A DNA stretch of 63,909 nt, counting the filler, from Hyphochytrium catenoides (lineage: Eukaryota; Protista; Hyphochytriomycota), in the NCBI GenBank assembly GCA_900088475.1. It is 5 parts of 5 records of this genome, joined end to end, with 100 filler letters (N's around TTAATTAATTAA, not from the genome) between each part and the next. Parts side by side here need not be neighbours in the genome. Positions count along the whole stretch, not along the records: positions 48,998 to 57,841 come from FLMG01000367.1; positions 57,942 to 63,909 come from FLMG01004705.1; 3 more parts are not named here. One strand, written 5' to 3'. The translations under genes were made by a program, and so were the position numbers. Below are positions 53,430 through 63,909 of the stretch, one piece after another. The notes under the pieces were generated by a model that saw only the letters and a list, made by a program, of their open reading frames with translations, did not search any database and was not told the DNA's origin. The number at the start of each line of letters is the position of its first letter. Positions within the stretch are counted from its first letter, which is position 1.

Positions 53430-54508
53430 TGATGAACTTTACAGAGCTGGGTGGCAATGCCTGAAGCTTCTGTACGAGCACAATCTAGATGAAACGATAA
53501 CAAAGGGACTGGTAGTGATATATGATAAAGATATTTCTGAATGACTGAGTCATGTGGTCTGTGTGGTCTGCTCTCAAGATCTTTGCTCGTCCCAGCTTCC
53601 TTCCTCATCTCTCTCTCCTTCCTGTGCCGCTCCGGCATTATTCTTCTCACATCTTCTGTCTCTCCGATAACACAGGTGTACCCGTAATGTCTATGTCCCT
53701 GAGAGCTAGGTGTGTATAGAGAGTGAATGTTGTACTACTGACAACAAACATTATTGCGAGCCCGAAGGGCGAGCCTCAATTTCAACTCACAGGGGCTTCA
53801 GCACAAATGGAACCTTTGGTGTCGTCTGTGTGTCTGTGTGTCTGTTTGTCTGTCTGCGAGCAAAATTTCACTATTTGCATTTTTACTAATCACTGTTTGG
53901 GCTTTTTCTTTGGGTTTGAATCATTGTTTGTGTACTTTGGAGATAGAAATGGGTTCACAGGAGGAGCGAAAGGGTTTCTATAAAAAACATAAATCGAATT
54001 TGTAGCGCAAGAGGTATCACTATAAACCGAGACACATCGCGTGCTTCTACGCGAATTTGTGTTGTAACCTCATATTCTCATATTACCTGAGACGCATCAC
54101 CTACAATCCTGTTTTTTAGCTGTAGTAGGAGCTGAGGGTGAAGGTGACATGTCACGCGACTCTTGCAGCAGTCGAGAGTTGAGAAAGTTTCGCTGAATGT
54201 TTCGCCACTCACTCACTCACTCACCCTCACTCACTACTCTGCTGTAGGAAGCGTGGGTGAAGGAGTAGAGAGATCCCTTCTTAAAAGTGTGCCTACCTCC
54301 TCTAGGAAATACTACTGATAGAACTAGAACTAGTTCTCGAGTTCTAAAACAATGTAGAATGAATGGAGAGCTCCTGGTGTTACTTGTACAACTAAATCAG
54401 TGATCCAAGCATCTTCCGCTAATAATGCTGCCGAAGGCTGGATTACGCACTAGTAGTAAAGTCGGGCGAGCCCTAGGCGAAGCCTAAAGCTATTGATAAC
54501 ACTCCTCA
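53430..54508 (-). mobile_element. Copia LTR-C (antisense 3' LTR), interrupted by a non-autonomous Helitron
   Basis: Reverse complement of the 50129-50441 LTR family; PPT-like GAGGGGAG on the minus strand just beyond 54510. Confidence 0.7.
53754..54496 (+). mobile_element. Non-autonomous Helitron/HINE-like element (743 bp)
   Basis: Same termini as 2118-9978; internal (GTCT)n and (CACT)n tracts; inserted at A|T. Confidence 0.88.
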
Positions 54509-54831
54509 GCACTCCCCTCATACTTAGCTTCTCTGGATCATCAGTGGTGGCAGTCGAGTTTCTTAGATTTTGACTTGTGGGGTACTTGGGAAATTGGAAA
54601 GTGAGATTAGTATGAAATGGGGCCCGGACCAGAGGAGGCGGCCCTATTTAAATGGTGGTCTATCGCCATACATAATACTAGCAGCTAACTGTGCTAACTT
54701 GTAATGGCGATATCTCAGCAACTAGAAAGAGTAAGAAGAGACTTGGACAGTATAATGACCGTCATTTATACTACCGGCGGATCCTACGTCCAATATAAAT
54801 TACTCACTCACTCTCTCCCCCTCAGACGAAG

Positions 54832-55060
54832 CTAGGTGGGTAGTGGCAAGAGTACTGATACTAGGAGGGAGCACTCCAAGATGAGGTGAGGACGCAGTGT
54901 GCGAAAGAGAGGAGCGGCTAAAGGCTTGGTGAGGCAATCGGCTACCATCGCTCCGGAGGGAGTATAGACCAGCTTAATTCTCCCATTGGCTACCTTCTCT
55001 TGCAGGACACAGTGATTGATATCTAAAGTCTTTGACTTTGGTCGTGAAGAGGAGGAGAGG
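54832..55060 (-). pseudogene. Ty1/copia RNase H C-terminal fragment
   Basis: SKTLDINHCVLQEKVANGRIKLVYTPSGAMVADCLTKPLAAPLFRTLR. Confidence 0.8.
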
Positions 55061-55506
55061 ACAATCGCGCTCTTGTATTTCCAACCATCGCATATAATCC
55101 AAAACATCAGTATTCTGGTCAATGCGTAGCTTGTCCTTAAAACCCTTCATTTGCATGATCTCTTCAGTCAGATCTCACCTGCGTCGTTGTTCTGCAAGAA
55201 AGGCTGGAAGCGTGGCTACATCTGTTGTTGGTAAGGTACTCCATTAAGGTACCCCAAATGTTTGAAAGTCGCAACGTCGACAACGTAGGTACCACCATAG
55301 TTGGATAACTTACCAACAAATAACAGGATGTTACCAACCTTCCAGCTTTCCTGCAGAACAACGACGCAAGTGGTGTTTGATTTTATCATTGGTGGTGACC
55401 ACTTTGAATTAATATTGGGGGTGTCTGGATATACATGAGAAAGGCTTTGTACGCCCCGAGATTCGAACCCAGGACCTGTGTATTTGATGCCGACACCCTA
55501 ACCAGT

Positions 55507-55829
55507 AGTTGGAGTCTGAGGACACAGCTATGTGGCCTACAAGCTGGCAAGCTTAGCTACCCAAGTTCAGCTCCAAACTCCCAGTAGAAGCCGAGATATG
55601 AAGCAAACGAAATGTCCCTGTTTATATCTATGGCTTATGGTCAGGACCCCGGAATACCTTCAGTACTGACTATTCCAGACCGGGATATCTCTATAAATCC
55701 CATATCCTAGACTTTATTCGGAATAGTCGGCATAGTCAGAATAACCCTAGATTATGGGACCCCAGTTGGGCTTATAGGTAGAGCACTCTCATCTAATGAC
55801 ATTGTCCAATCATCCCATATAATCCAACA
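55507..55829 (+). mobile_element. Solo LTR-B inserted in the tRNA cassette
   Basis: (A/T)GTTGGAG...CCAACA with 5-bp TSD CCAGT (55502-55506 and 55830-55834). Confidence 0.88.
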
Positions 55830-55918
55830 CCAGTATGCATCATAGACCAAACTCTGGTTTTGTTTATATACCAGGGATTTCTCCCCTCTGCGTCGTCCGC
55901 TGTACACTTTTTGGTTTC

Positions 55919-56202
55919 TGTTGGAGTCTGAGGGCACAGCTATGTGGCCTACAAGCTGNNNNNNNNNNNNNNNNNNNNNNNNNNNNNNNNNNNNNNNNNN
56001 NNNNNNNNNNNNNNNNNNNNNNNNNNNNNNNNNNNNNNNNNNNNNNNNNNNNNNNNNGATTTCTCTATGACTGAATATCTTAGGGTTTATTAGGAAAACT
56101 TGGCATAGTCAGAATAGCTCTAGATTATGGGACCCCAGTTGGGCTTATAAGTAGAACACTCTCATCTAATGACATTGTCCAATCATCCCATATAATCCAA
56201 CA
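55919..56202 (+). mobile_element. LTR-B insertion (spans an N gap; solo LTR or gapped larger element)
   Basis: TGTTGGAG...CCAACA with 5-bp TSD GTTTC (55914-55918 and 56203-56207). Confidence 0.8.
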
Positions 56203-56335
56203 GTTTCAGCGTCGATCACAGTTAAATTCTTCCGGAATCTAGAGAACGCTGTAAGCTCTAGGAGGCCGTCCGGGTAAAAATCAAATACAATACCCATTTT
56301 TCTTCCAATTGTCCCACTTTTGGCGTGGGAAACTT

Positions 56336-56594
56336 TGTTAGATTTTTATCATTGGATATTGAGCACTTTGAATCAATATTGGGGGGTGTCTGGATATACC
56401 GGAGAAAAGTTTTGTACGCTCCGGAATTTGAACCCAGGACCTCTGTCTTTGATGCCGACACCCTTACCAGTATGCACCATACACCAAACGTACTCTTGAC
56501 TAATCTCCGTTCTTGTTTATATACCAGGGATTTTCCCCTCTGCGTCGTCCGCTGTTGTACACTTTTTGGTTTCAGCGTCGATCACAGTTCAACA
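56336..56594 (-). mobile_element. LTR-A with tRNA cassette (56413-56493), probably solo
   Basis: TGTTAGA...TTCAACA; flanks AACTT/CACTT (4 of 5 match, TSD-like). Confidence 0.85.
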
Positions 56595-56697
56595 CACTTA
56601 CCCTTAATGGGTGCATAAGCGGCGAATAATTGAGTGGAAGTGGAAGTGATCATTCAGAGAAATCTCCATCACACATCATTACCAAGTCCCTTTGTTA

Positions 56698-57349
56698 TTG
56701 CGAGCCTGAAGGGCGAGCCTCAATTTCAACCCACAGGGGCTTCAGCACAAATGGACTTTTTCGTGTTTTGTGTGTCTGTGTGTGTGTGTGTGTGTTTGTG
56801 ATCAAAATTTCACTATTTGGTTATTCACTAATCACTGTTTGGGCTATTTCTTTTGGTTAGGTTCTGTATGTAATTCTAAGCGAAAGGGGCTTTAGGAGCA
56901 TAACTCGAATTTGTAACGCGAGACGTATCATAATAAACCGAGACACATCGCGTGCGTCCACGGGAATTTGTGTTGTATCCTCATACTAGTACCTGAGACG
57001 CATCACCTACTATACTGTATATTTAGCTGTAGGAGCTGAGTGTGGAGGTGACATGTCACGCGACTCCTGCAGCAGTCGAGAGTTGAGAAAGTTTCACCAT
57101 TCACTCACTCACGACTCTGTCGTAGGAAGCGTGGGTGACCGAGTAGAGAGATCCTTTAGCGAGTGTGCGTACCTAGGAAATAATGATAGAACTAGTTCTA
57201 CAGGATGTAGAAGGAATGAAGAGTTCTTGGTGTTATTATTTGTACAACTAAATCAGTGATCCAAGCATCTTCCATTGATTATGCAGTCGAAGGCTGGAAT
57301 ACGCACTATTAGCGTCGGGCGAGCCCTAGGCGAAGCCTAAAGCTATTGA
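56698..57349 (+). mobile_element. Non-autonomous Helitron/HINE-like element (652 bp) inserted in a copia LTR-C
   Basis: Same termini. The flanks rejoin to ccctttgttata gtttcatc, matching the uninterrupted LTR-C (ccctttgttatcgtttcatc, reverse complement near 53500). Confidence 0.88.
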
Positions 57350-57417
57350 TAGTTTCATCTAGATTGTGCTCATACAGAAGCTTCAGGCATTGCCACCTAG
57401 CTCTGTAAAAATCATCA

Positions 57418-57430
57418 GGTTATGGGCCCA
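57418..57430 (+). other. Copia primer-binding site complementary to the anticodon arm of initiator tRNA-Met (half-tRNA priming)
   Basis: GGTTATGGGCCCA directly follows the LTR end ATCATCA and is the complement of TGGGCCCATAACC in eukaryotic tRNAiMet. Confidence 0.8.
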
Positions 57431-57692
57431 TGTTTGATTTTATCATTGGATGGTGGTGAGCACTTTGAATTAATATTGGGGGGTGTCTAGATATACCGGA
57501 GAAAAGTTTTGTACGCTCCGGGATTCGAACCCAGGACCTCTGTCTTTGATGCCGACACCCTAGCCAGTATGCACCATCCATACACCAAACGTACTCTTGA
57601 CTAATCTCCAGTTTTGTTTATATACCAGGGACCTTCCCCTCTGCGTCGTCCGCTGTACACTTTTTGGTTTCAGCGTCGACCACAGTTCAACA
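57431..57692 (-). mobile_element. LTR-A with tRNA cassette (57510-57594)
   Basis: TGTTTGA...TTCAACA; consensus B box GGTTCGAATCC on the minus strand. Confidence 0.85.
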
Positions 57693-57841
57693 TGTTGAAT
57701 GTTCAGCTTCGACCTTTCACAATTGGGAGTTCCAGCTGCGGGGAGGTGTTGGAGTCTGAAGACACAGCTATGTGGACTACAAGCTGGCAAGCTTACTACC
57801 CAAGTTTCAGCTCCAAACTCCCAGTAGAAGCCGAGATATGA
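57693..57841 (+). mobile_element. LTR-B long variant, truncated by the contig end
   Basis: tgttgaa...cttcgacc.ttcacaat.ggga...ctgcggggagg-TGTTGGAG matches 11048-11200. Confidence 0.75.
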
Positions 57842-58195
57842 NNNNNNNNNNNNNNNNNNNNNNNNNNNNNNNNNNNNNNNNNNNNTTAATTAATTAANNN
57901 NNNNNNNNNNNNNNNNNNNNNNNNNNNNNNNNNNNNNNNNNAGAGAGAGAGAGAGAGAGAAAGGCGACGAAAGTAGCGAGAGAAGAGAAGGGATCTGGAT
58001 AAGAGTACGAAGAGAGAGTAAATGAACGGGATGGACAGGAACCAAAGAGAGAGAGAGAAGCATCTTTGGGAAGCTGAAAAAGAAATGAGTTGTGGGAGAG
58101 AGAGGATAAGAGTGAGAGACACAGAAAAGGGAGGAAAGAGAGAGAGGAGGAGAAAGGAGAGAGAGAGGAGAAGAGGGAGAGAGAGAGAGAGAGAC

Positions 58196-58242
<47 letters not shown>

Positions 58243-58249
58243 GCGCTCA

Positions 58250-59199
58250 CCTTTGGCCACAGAACACTGCTGCCAGAGGAGAAGGAGAGAGAAGGTAGGA
58301 AGAGCAGAGAGAAAAGCGTGTGGCGAGCCCTGAAGGCAGGAGATGGACAAGCCAAAGAAGGAGAGACCCAGCAGAACAAATAGAGAGAAGCACTTGGGAG
58401 CCACTCAGAGAAGAAAAAGGAGGGGAGGAGAGAGAAAGGGAGACAATCTTTCCCTCGTGCTTCTTGTGCACGAAGAGCGGGGTCCGGACCACGGCCGGGG
58501 GAGAGGAAGACACACTAGGAATAGAGCTCGGGCCTTGATCTTTCTCTTGGAATCGGGAGGAGAAGCCTGGGTTCCACAGCTGTAACAAATGAGAAAGAGA
58601 GGCACATGAGAAGAGAGAGAGAGAGGGGAAGGGACAGAGAGAGAGAGAGAGAAAGAAAGATAGAGCGAGAGAGAGCGCGCGAAAGAGAGAGAGAGAGAGG
58701 GAGAGATAAGGGATGTCGGACGAAAATTGAGGACGGGCACCCGCATTCCCAAGAATAGGACCCTGGAGAATGAAACTGGGGACAAGGGAAGCGCGGAATA
58801 AGGAGAGAGAGAGAATTCCAGGAGCAGCAAAAGAGAGAGAGAGAGAGAGAAAGAAAGGAGAAGGATGAACAGTACCAGTATCTTCCCACTCTCCACACCG
58901 ATGAAGAGATTGTTCCCGCCATTCACGGCAATAAAGCAGCTCAGTGGGGAACTTTCAACCGGAGCGAGACGGCCATGGTGGGCAAGAGTAAACCTAACGG
59001 GAGAGAAAGAGAGGGAGAAGGGGCAGGGAAAAAGAGAGAAAAAGAATGAAAGCCAGAGAAAGAGAGCGGCTTAACGTTCTAAAGGAGGCGAAGAGGCAGA
59101 TGCACTTATGCTGTATACCATGAGCTCCAGGACACGCCTGATAGCCCAGAGGTCTCTCTCGTTGTTTTTACTGTCTCCCACTTATCTTCCCTTCTTTAT

Positions 59200-59236
<37 letters not shown>

Positions 59237-60077
59237 TATCTCAGCGCTGTTAGCGTTTCTCCTGCTTACCGTTGTACTCCTGGTTCCTGTGCGAGATACC
59301 AGAGCTCCACGGCGCCTCCCTCACTGAACACCGCGAACCTTCCTTCGCAGCCGCGGCATCCCAGCAGCCTGAGACAGAGTGACGTGGGCACCCAGGTAAA
59401 GAGAAAGAAATCGTACAGAGAGAACGAAAAGAGAAGGAAAGAGGCCTGACACGTGCTTCTCCTCTTCTATCTCACCTTCGCCCTCAGGATTCTCTCTCTC
59501 TCTGTCTCTCTGTCTCTCTCTGTCTCTCTCTCTGTCTCTCTCTCTCTGTCTCTCTCTCTCTCCCTCCCTCTCTCTCTCTCTCTCTCTCTCTTCTCCCCCC
59601 ATTCCACTATTTCTTTCTTATACGCAGCGGCGCGCTATTTGTCCGGTGTGTCCCTTTCACATTCTCTCTCAGCGTGTCTCTGTCTGTCTGTCTGTCTCTC
59701 TCTCTCTGCCGTGCTGTTTACCTTCCTTGTACCGCCTGAACGTCCGCCAACGCTTCTCTCTGTCCCTTCGCGCCAAGTGAGAGGAGAAGGAGACGACCAG
59801 ACTCCAGCGCAACTAAGAGAAGGATCTCCGTGGGAGAAAGAGAGAAAGGCGCCAGATCGACAACTCTCTCTCCGCGGAGAGAGGAGGGAGAAAGAAGCGG
59901 AAGAGGAGCTATCTTCCCAGATGTACAGGGAACGAGCAGAACCTGTCCAGAAGAGAGACCGACAACCATGGACTCCCATTCTTGGATATATTCAGCCGTA
60001 GAGATCTCTCTCTCTCCTTCAATGGGAAGAGGTGAAAGGGCCTAATCGAGCGAGAGTAAAGGGAGGGAGAGAGGGGG

Positions 60078-60115
<38 letters not shown>

Positions 60116-61207
60116 AAAGGACGTTTAATAATAGAAGAGAAAAAAAACGCCAAGGGACTGGGCGAAGGAGAGCCTGACAGAGGAGAAAATCGATGGCTTG
60201 ACAACCGGAGCCAAAGGAGAGGAAAGCACTCTCTTCTATTGAGAGTGCAGGATTGTTGCAGCTTTACACTGATTCTCTCCTCTCTCGCTCGTTTATCTCT
60301 GTCGCTCTCTTCTCCTTTTCATCTCTCTCTCTTGCGGTCTCTCACTCTCTTACCTTGTGCTTCCCTCTCTCCATATCCAGAAGCTCAAGTTGCCCTTCAG
60401 TGGTAGCTGTCAGCACGAGGGAAGATGACGAGAAAGAGAGCGAGGAAGAGGAAGAAGACGGATGCACTTCTCCTCCTGATCCTCCTCCTCTTCTTTCCGT
60501 ATTTGAATAGACCTTCAAGTAAGAGATTGGAAGCTCTCCCCTCGCGTCTCCTACGGATAGAGGAGAGGAGACAAAGGAGCGGAGAGTGAGTGAGAGATGA
60601 GTGAGAGACAGACAGACAGAGAGAGACAGAGAGGCGGTCCTGTGTTAGAAAGAGAGAGGGTGACTTCATTGCTAAAAGGAAGAGAGGGACCAAGAGCGAG
60701 CTGGACCGAGGAGCCCTCAAGTGGACATCCCCAAAGATTAACGCTCTCTCTCTCTCTCTTCTCGTGGGTGTGCCTCTCTCTCTCTCTCTCTCTCTAATCT
60801 CTGTCTCTCTCTCCCTTTGGCTCTCACTTGAGTCTAAGAGGAGAGCAGAGGAGTCTCGCTCTAAGAGCTCCAGCGCCTGCAGGTGCCCGCTGGCCAATTC
60901 CACGGCGATGAGGGCTGAGCGTCCACGCGCAAGAGAGGAGAGACCCAGGAAGAATCTGAAAGAGCCGGAAAGACAATGAGAGCGAAGAGCAGTTTAAGAG
61001 ACTCGCATTTGTTGGGAGAAGAGAGAGAGTGAGAGAGAGAGACTTCCGAGTCGAAGGATGGCAAGAGAGAAAGAGAGCAAGAGAGACAAAAAGAAATAGC
61101 CCACCGCGCGGAACCAAAAAAAAGGGAAAAGGTAGGAAAAGAAAAAGGATCTGGAACCCAACTTAGCCTGGCAAAGGTGGCACGGAAGTATTTAAGAGGG
61201 AGAGCTG

Positions 61208-61253
<46 letters not shown>

Positions 61254-61257
61254 AAAA

Positions 61258-61291
<34 letters not shown>

Positions 61292-63909
61292 CAAAGAGAG
61301 AGAGAGAGAGAAATGTGAGGTCGAGAAGTCTTTCACCTTTTCCGTTTCCTGTCACCCTCACTGCCCGTGGGAGGCGGAGCTATCCGCAGACCATCTCTCG
61401 TCTCACTCTTCTCTCTCTCTCCGCCTCTGACCAGCCACTGGTACAGAGCTCCCTCTCCGTCAGCAGCAAACACTCTCAGGTACCGCGCTGCCGTGTCTGT
61501 ATATATAGTATGAGGACGAGCATAAAGAGAGGTAAGAAAAGCGAAGGGGAGAGAGAGAGAGAGAGAGACAGACAGGGAGACAGAGACACAGAAAGAGAGA
61601 AGGAATAGATGAAGAGAGAACCAAACACTGAGCTATAAGAGCACTTAAAGGACGAGTGTCAAAAATCCGCATAAGCGAGAGCGTAAAAGACAAGCGGAAG
61701 ACAGAGAGAGAGAGAGAGAGAGAGACACGCCCTCTAAAACGCAGGTTGCAGGCTCACCGTGTTCGGTACATTCCTCCATCAGCGCTGCAGTCGGGAGAGA
61801 CAAGTGCCCTGGAGAGGAGAGGGCGGCGGCTGAGGGGAGAGATAGTTTGTATGCGATCTGAGGGGAACTGAAGAGCGGCGTCTCTCCCTTCTTGCTCCTC
61901 CGAATGTCAGGGACTTCCCACACTTCCAGACTGACAGGAGAACAAGGGTTTACGGGTCCAGGGGAGGGACGTTATCTTAGTCTCATGAGAAGAGAGAGAG
62001 AAGAGAGAGAGAACAGAGGCACACATCCGAATTAGAGTGGATAAGAAAGAAAGTGAGTGAGAGAGAGCAGCCGAGGAAGAGAGAGAAAAAGAAAGAACGA
62101 GACACAAAAAGAGAAAGAACGAGGTGGTGTGGAGAGGGAGGCAAAGAAAGAGCGAGGACGCGATGGGGAGAGCGAGCAAGAAAGAAAGCGAGAGGGAGGC
62201 AGAGAGAGAGAGAGAGGAGAGAGAAAGCGCCAGAGAAAGAAAGAGCCAGAGAGAGAGAGAGGGTCCGGAGATGAAGGGAAATGGACACAAGGAAGGAAGG
62301 GCTAGATGAGCAAGACCCAAGGGAGAGAGAGATAAGCCACGCAACAAAGAGAACGACTTTTTTCCCCAGTTTCTCACCTTTGAGCACTGCCTGGGATGAG
62401 GAAGAAGAATCCTCGCTCTGAGAAAGAGCAAGAGAGTAACGGAGAGTGGGAGAGAGAGGGAGAGAGAGGAGAGAGAGAGAATGTCCAGAGGAGAGCGAGT
62501 GATAGTGTGTCGAACATATGGAGCGCGCCGCCGCGAGAGGAGGCGAGGACTCGGGCACGAGGACCATCGGCGAAGAGGAAGTCAAAAGGCGGAAGAGAAG
62601 GAGCGATCGGCCCTGGTGGCGGCTGCAGGAAAGGCACAGAGGGGAAGAATTACGTAGTGTGAGGCCAAGCCACCGAGAGAGAATGGCAATGGAGAGAGAG
62701 AGGAGGGGAAAAGAGCAGGTTGAGAGTGGGAAGGAGCGAGAGAGGAAAGAGAGAGGGAATAAAACTTAGAAGGAAGCAAAGGAGTGCCAGGGAGAGAGAG
62801 AGATAAAAGAGAACCAAGAGAGCGAAAGACAAGGCGCTGAAGAGAGAAAAGAAAGGACAGACCGCGAGAGAATGAGAGAGAAATAAGGTTGAAAGGGAGA
62901 AGATGGGTGATAAATTTTGCAGGAGAAGCTTTGAAAGAGATATAATGGGGAGCTCGCATCAGAGCAAATAAAATAACGATGACTCGGAAAGGAGGATAGT
63001 GAGAGAATAGAAGAGACAAGGAGAAAGACAGAGGCAAGAGAGGAGAGAGATACCTAGGAAAGAGGGAAGAAAAAAAAAGTAAACTAGGAAGACAACGAAC
63101 GAAAGAGAGAGAGAGCGACACAGCCAGAGATGGAAAGAGACAAGTACCGGGAGGGAGATAAAGGAAGAGAGAGATACACACAGAAAGAAAGAGAGAACGA
63201 AAGAGGAGAAGAAGGTAGGCTTCCGAACAAGGCTCTTCTTACTTCATCGCCAGGCGGGAGAGGCGGCTTCGTCTTCACTCTCAGCGGCAGGGCAAAACGA
63301 CGAGCTTGGCCTTCCTCTCTTCCTTTCCCCGTCAGACGCCGGAGAGACCAGACTTTGAGACTTCCTGAGGGTGAGGAAGGAAGAGAAGAGGGCGGGGAGC
63401 CAGAAGGGGAGAGAGAGAGAGTCTCTCCTGTGATCAGCTCCTGGTTCTCTTCATCAAAAGCCAGGGCGGAGACACTTCTGCTCTTGGAGAGAACCAGGGA
63501 CTGGTGTACAGTCACGCCCTTGGCGCTATAGCTACGATAGACAGAGTCGGGGTCCAAGTTAGAAAAGAAAGAAGAGAGAGAAGTAGGTGAGAAAGAGAGA
63601 CGTGGGTCGATGACAGAAGAAGAGAGAAGTGACGGAGGTGGACTGTTAAGGCTTCAAAGTGAGCAATGCGGACACTTATACCGCGAAGTCCACGCCATGC
63701 TCCAGAAAAGGGAGAGAGTGAAACGAGAGAGAGGAGGCGGATGAGCAAGCGACAGGAGAAGAGAAGGAGAGACTAGACTTGAAGAGAGCCGAAGGCCCAT
63801 CCGAGAGAGAGACAGGCAGCATGGTCCCTGTTTTTCTACTAATTTCAAACGCCAAGATCGTCTGTCCTACCTCACGATAACCACTGCCGGGTGCGATTCT
63901 CCAGATAAG
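58250..63909 (-). CDS. WD40/beta-propeller-like protein, partial, many exons
   Basis: Exon fragments VSALAFDEENQELITGE...SLKVWSL, RVLASSRGGALHMFD, NNLFIGVESGKIL-LWN, HEGKIVSL...LLSICSAGSLLLW, separated by GA/CT-microsatellite introns. Exon structure not resolved. Confidence 0.5.

Larger units (their letters stand above)
55374..56262 (-). mobile_element. LTR-A with tRNA cassette plus adjacent internal/PPT fragment, interrupted by two LTR-B solo LTRs
   Basis: TGTTTGATTTTATC start on the + strand; tRNA cassette ~55448-55852 is split. 56232-56262 is reverse-complementary to the internal hairpin region at 49823-49853. Confidence 0.8.

Noticed and set aside
55374-56594. Complete two-LTR TRIM formed by the two adjacent LTR-A copies
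   Set aside because: No shared TSD (AGTGG vs CACTT) and no PBS after the putative 5' LTR; the right copy has its own near-TSD (AACTT/CACTT). Treated as separate insertions.
57942-63100. Many ORFs rich in LSLSLS or RERERE (also at 21.4, 24.5, 28 and 33-36 kb)
   Set aside because: Translations of CT/GA microsatellites in introns and UTRs, not proteins.

Overview
Eukaryotic genomic DNA, probably a stramenopile-like protist (inferred from a DUF1769-PH-DUF547 gene and CTAAC/CTGAC branch-point introns). It consists of about five contigs joined by artificial N-TTAATTAATTAA-N linkers. Host genes: a GCS2-family glutamate-cysteine ligase, a TTP/ZFP36-type tandem CCCH protein, UBC13, a Rieske [2Fe-2S] protein (partial), a coiled-coil protein, a DUF1769-PH-DUF547 protein, a PIP5K (partial) and a WD40-like protein (partial). 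Two dense transposon nests occupy about 1-12 kb and 49-58 kb. They contain (i) a 7.9-kb Helentron/Helitron2-type rolling-circle element with an intron-containing Rep-PIF1 gene and a convergent, intact OB-fold (RPA-like) gene, plus two short non-autonomous copies with the same termini; (ii) decayed Ty1/copia elements; and (iii) a ~256-bp LTR family (LTR-A) carrying a tRNA-like cassette. The most notable observation is that the 3' end of this LTR-borne tRNA mimic, with CCA added, is the exact 14-nt complement of the primer-binding site of a related TRIM-like element at 49736. This suggests a retroelement family that encodes its own reverse-transcription primer. All assignments come from reading the sequence and recognising motifs; no searches were run.
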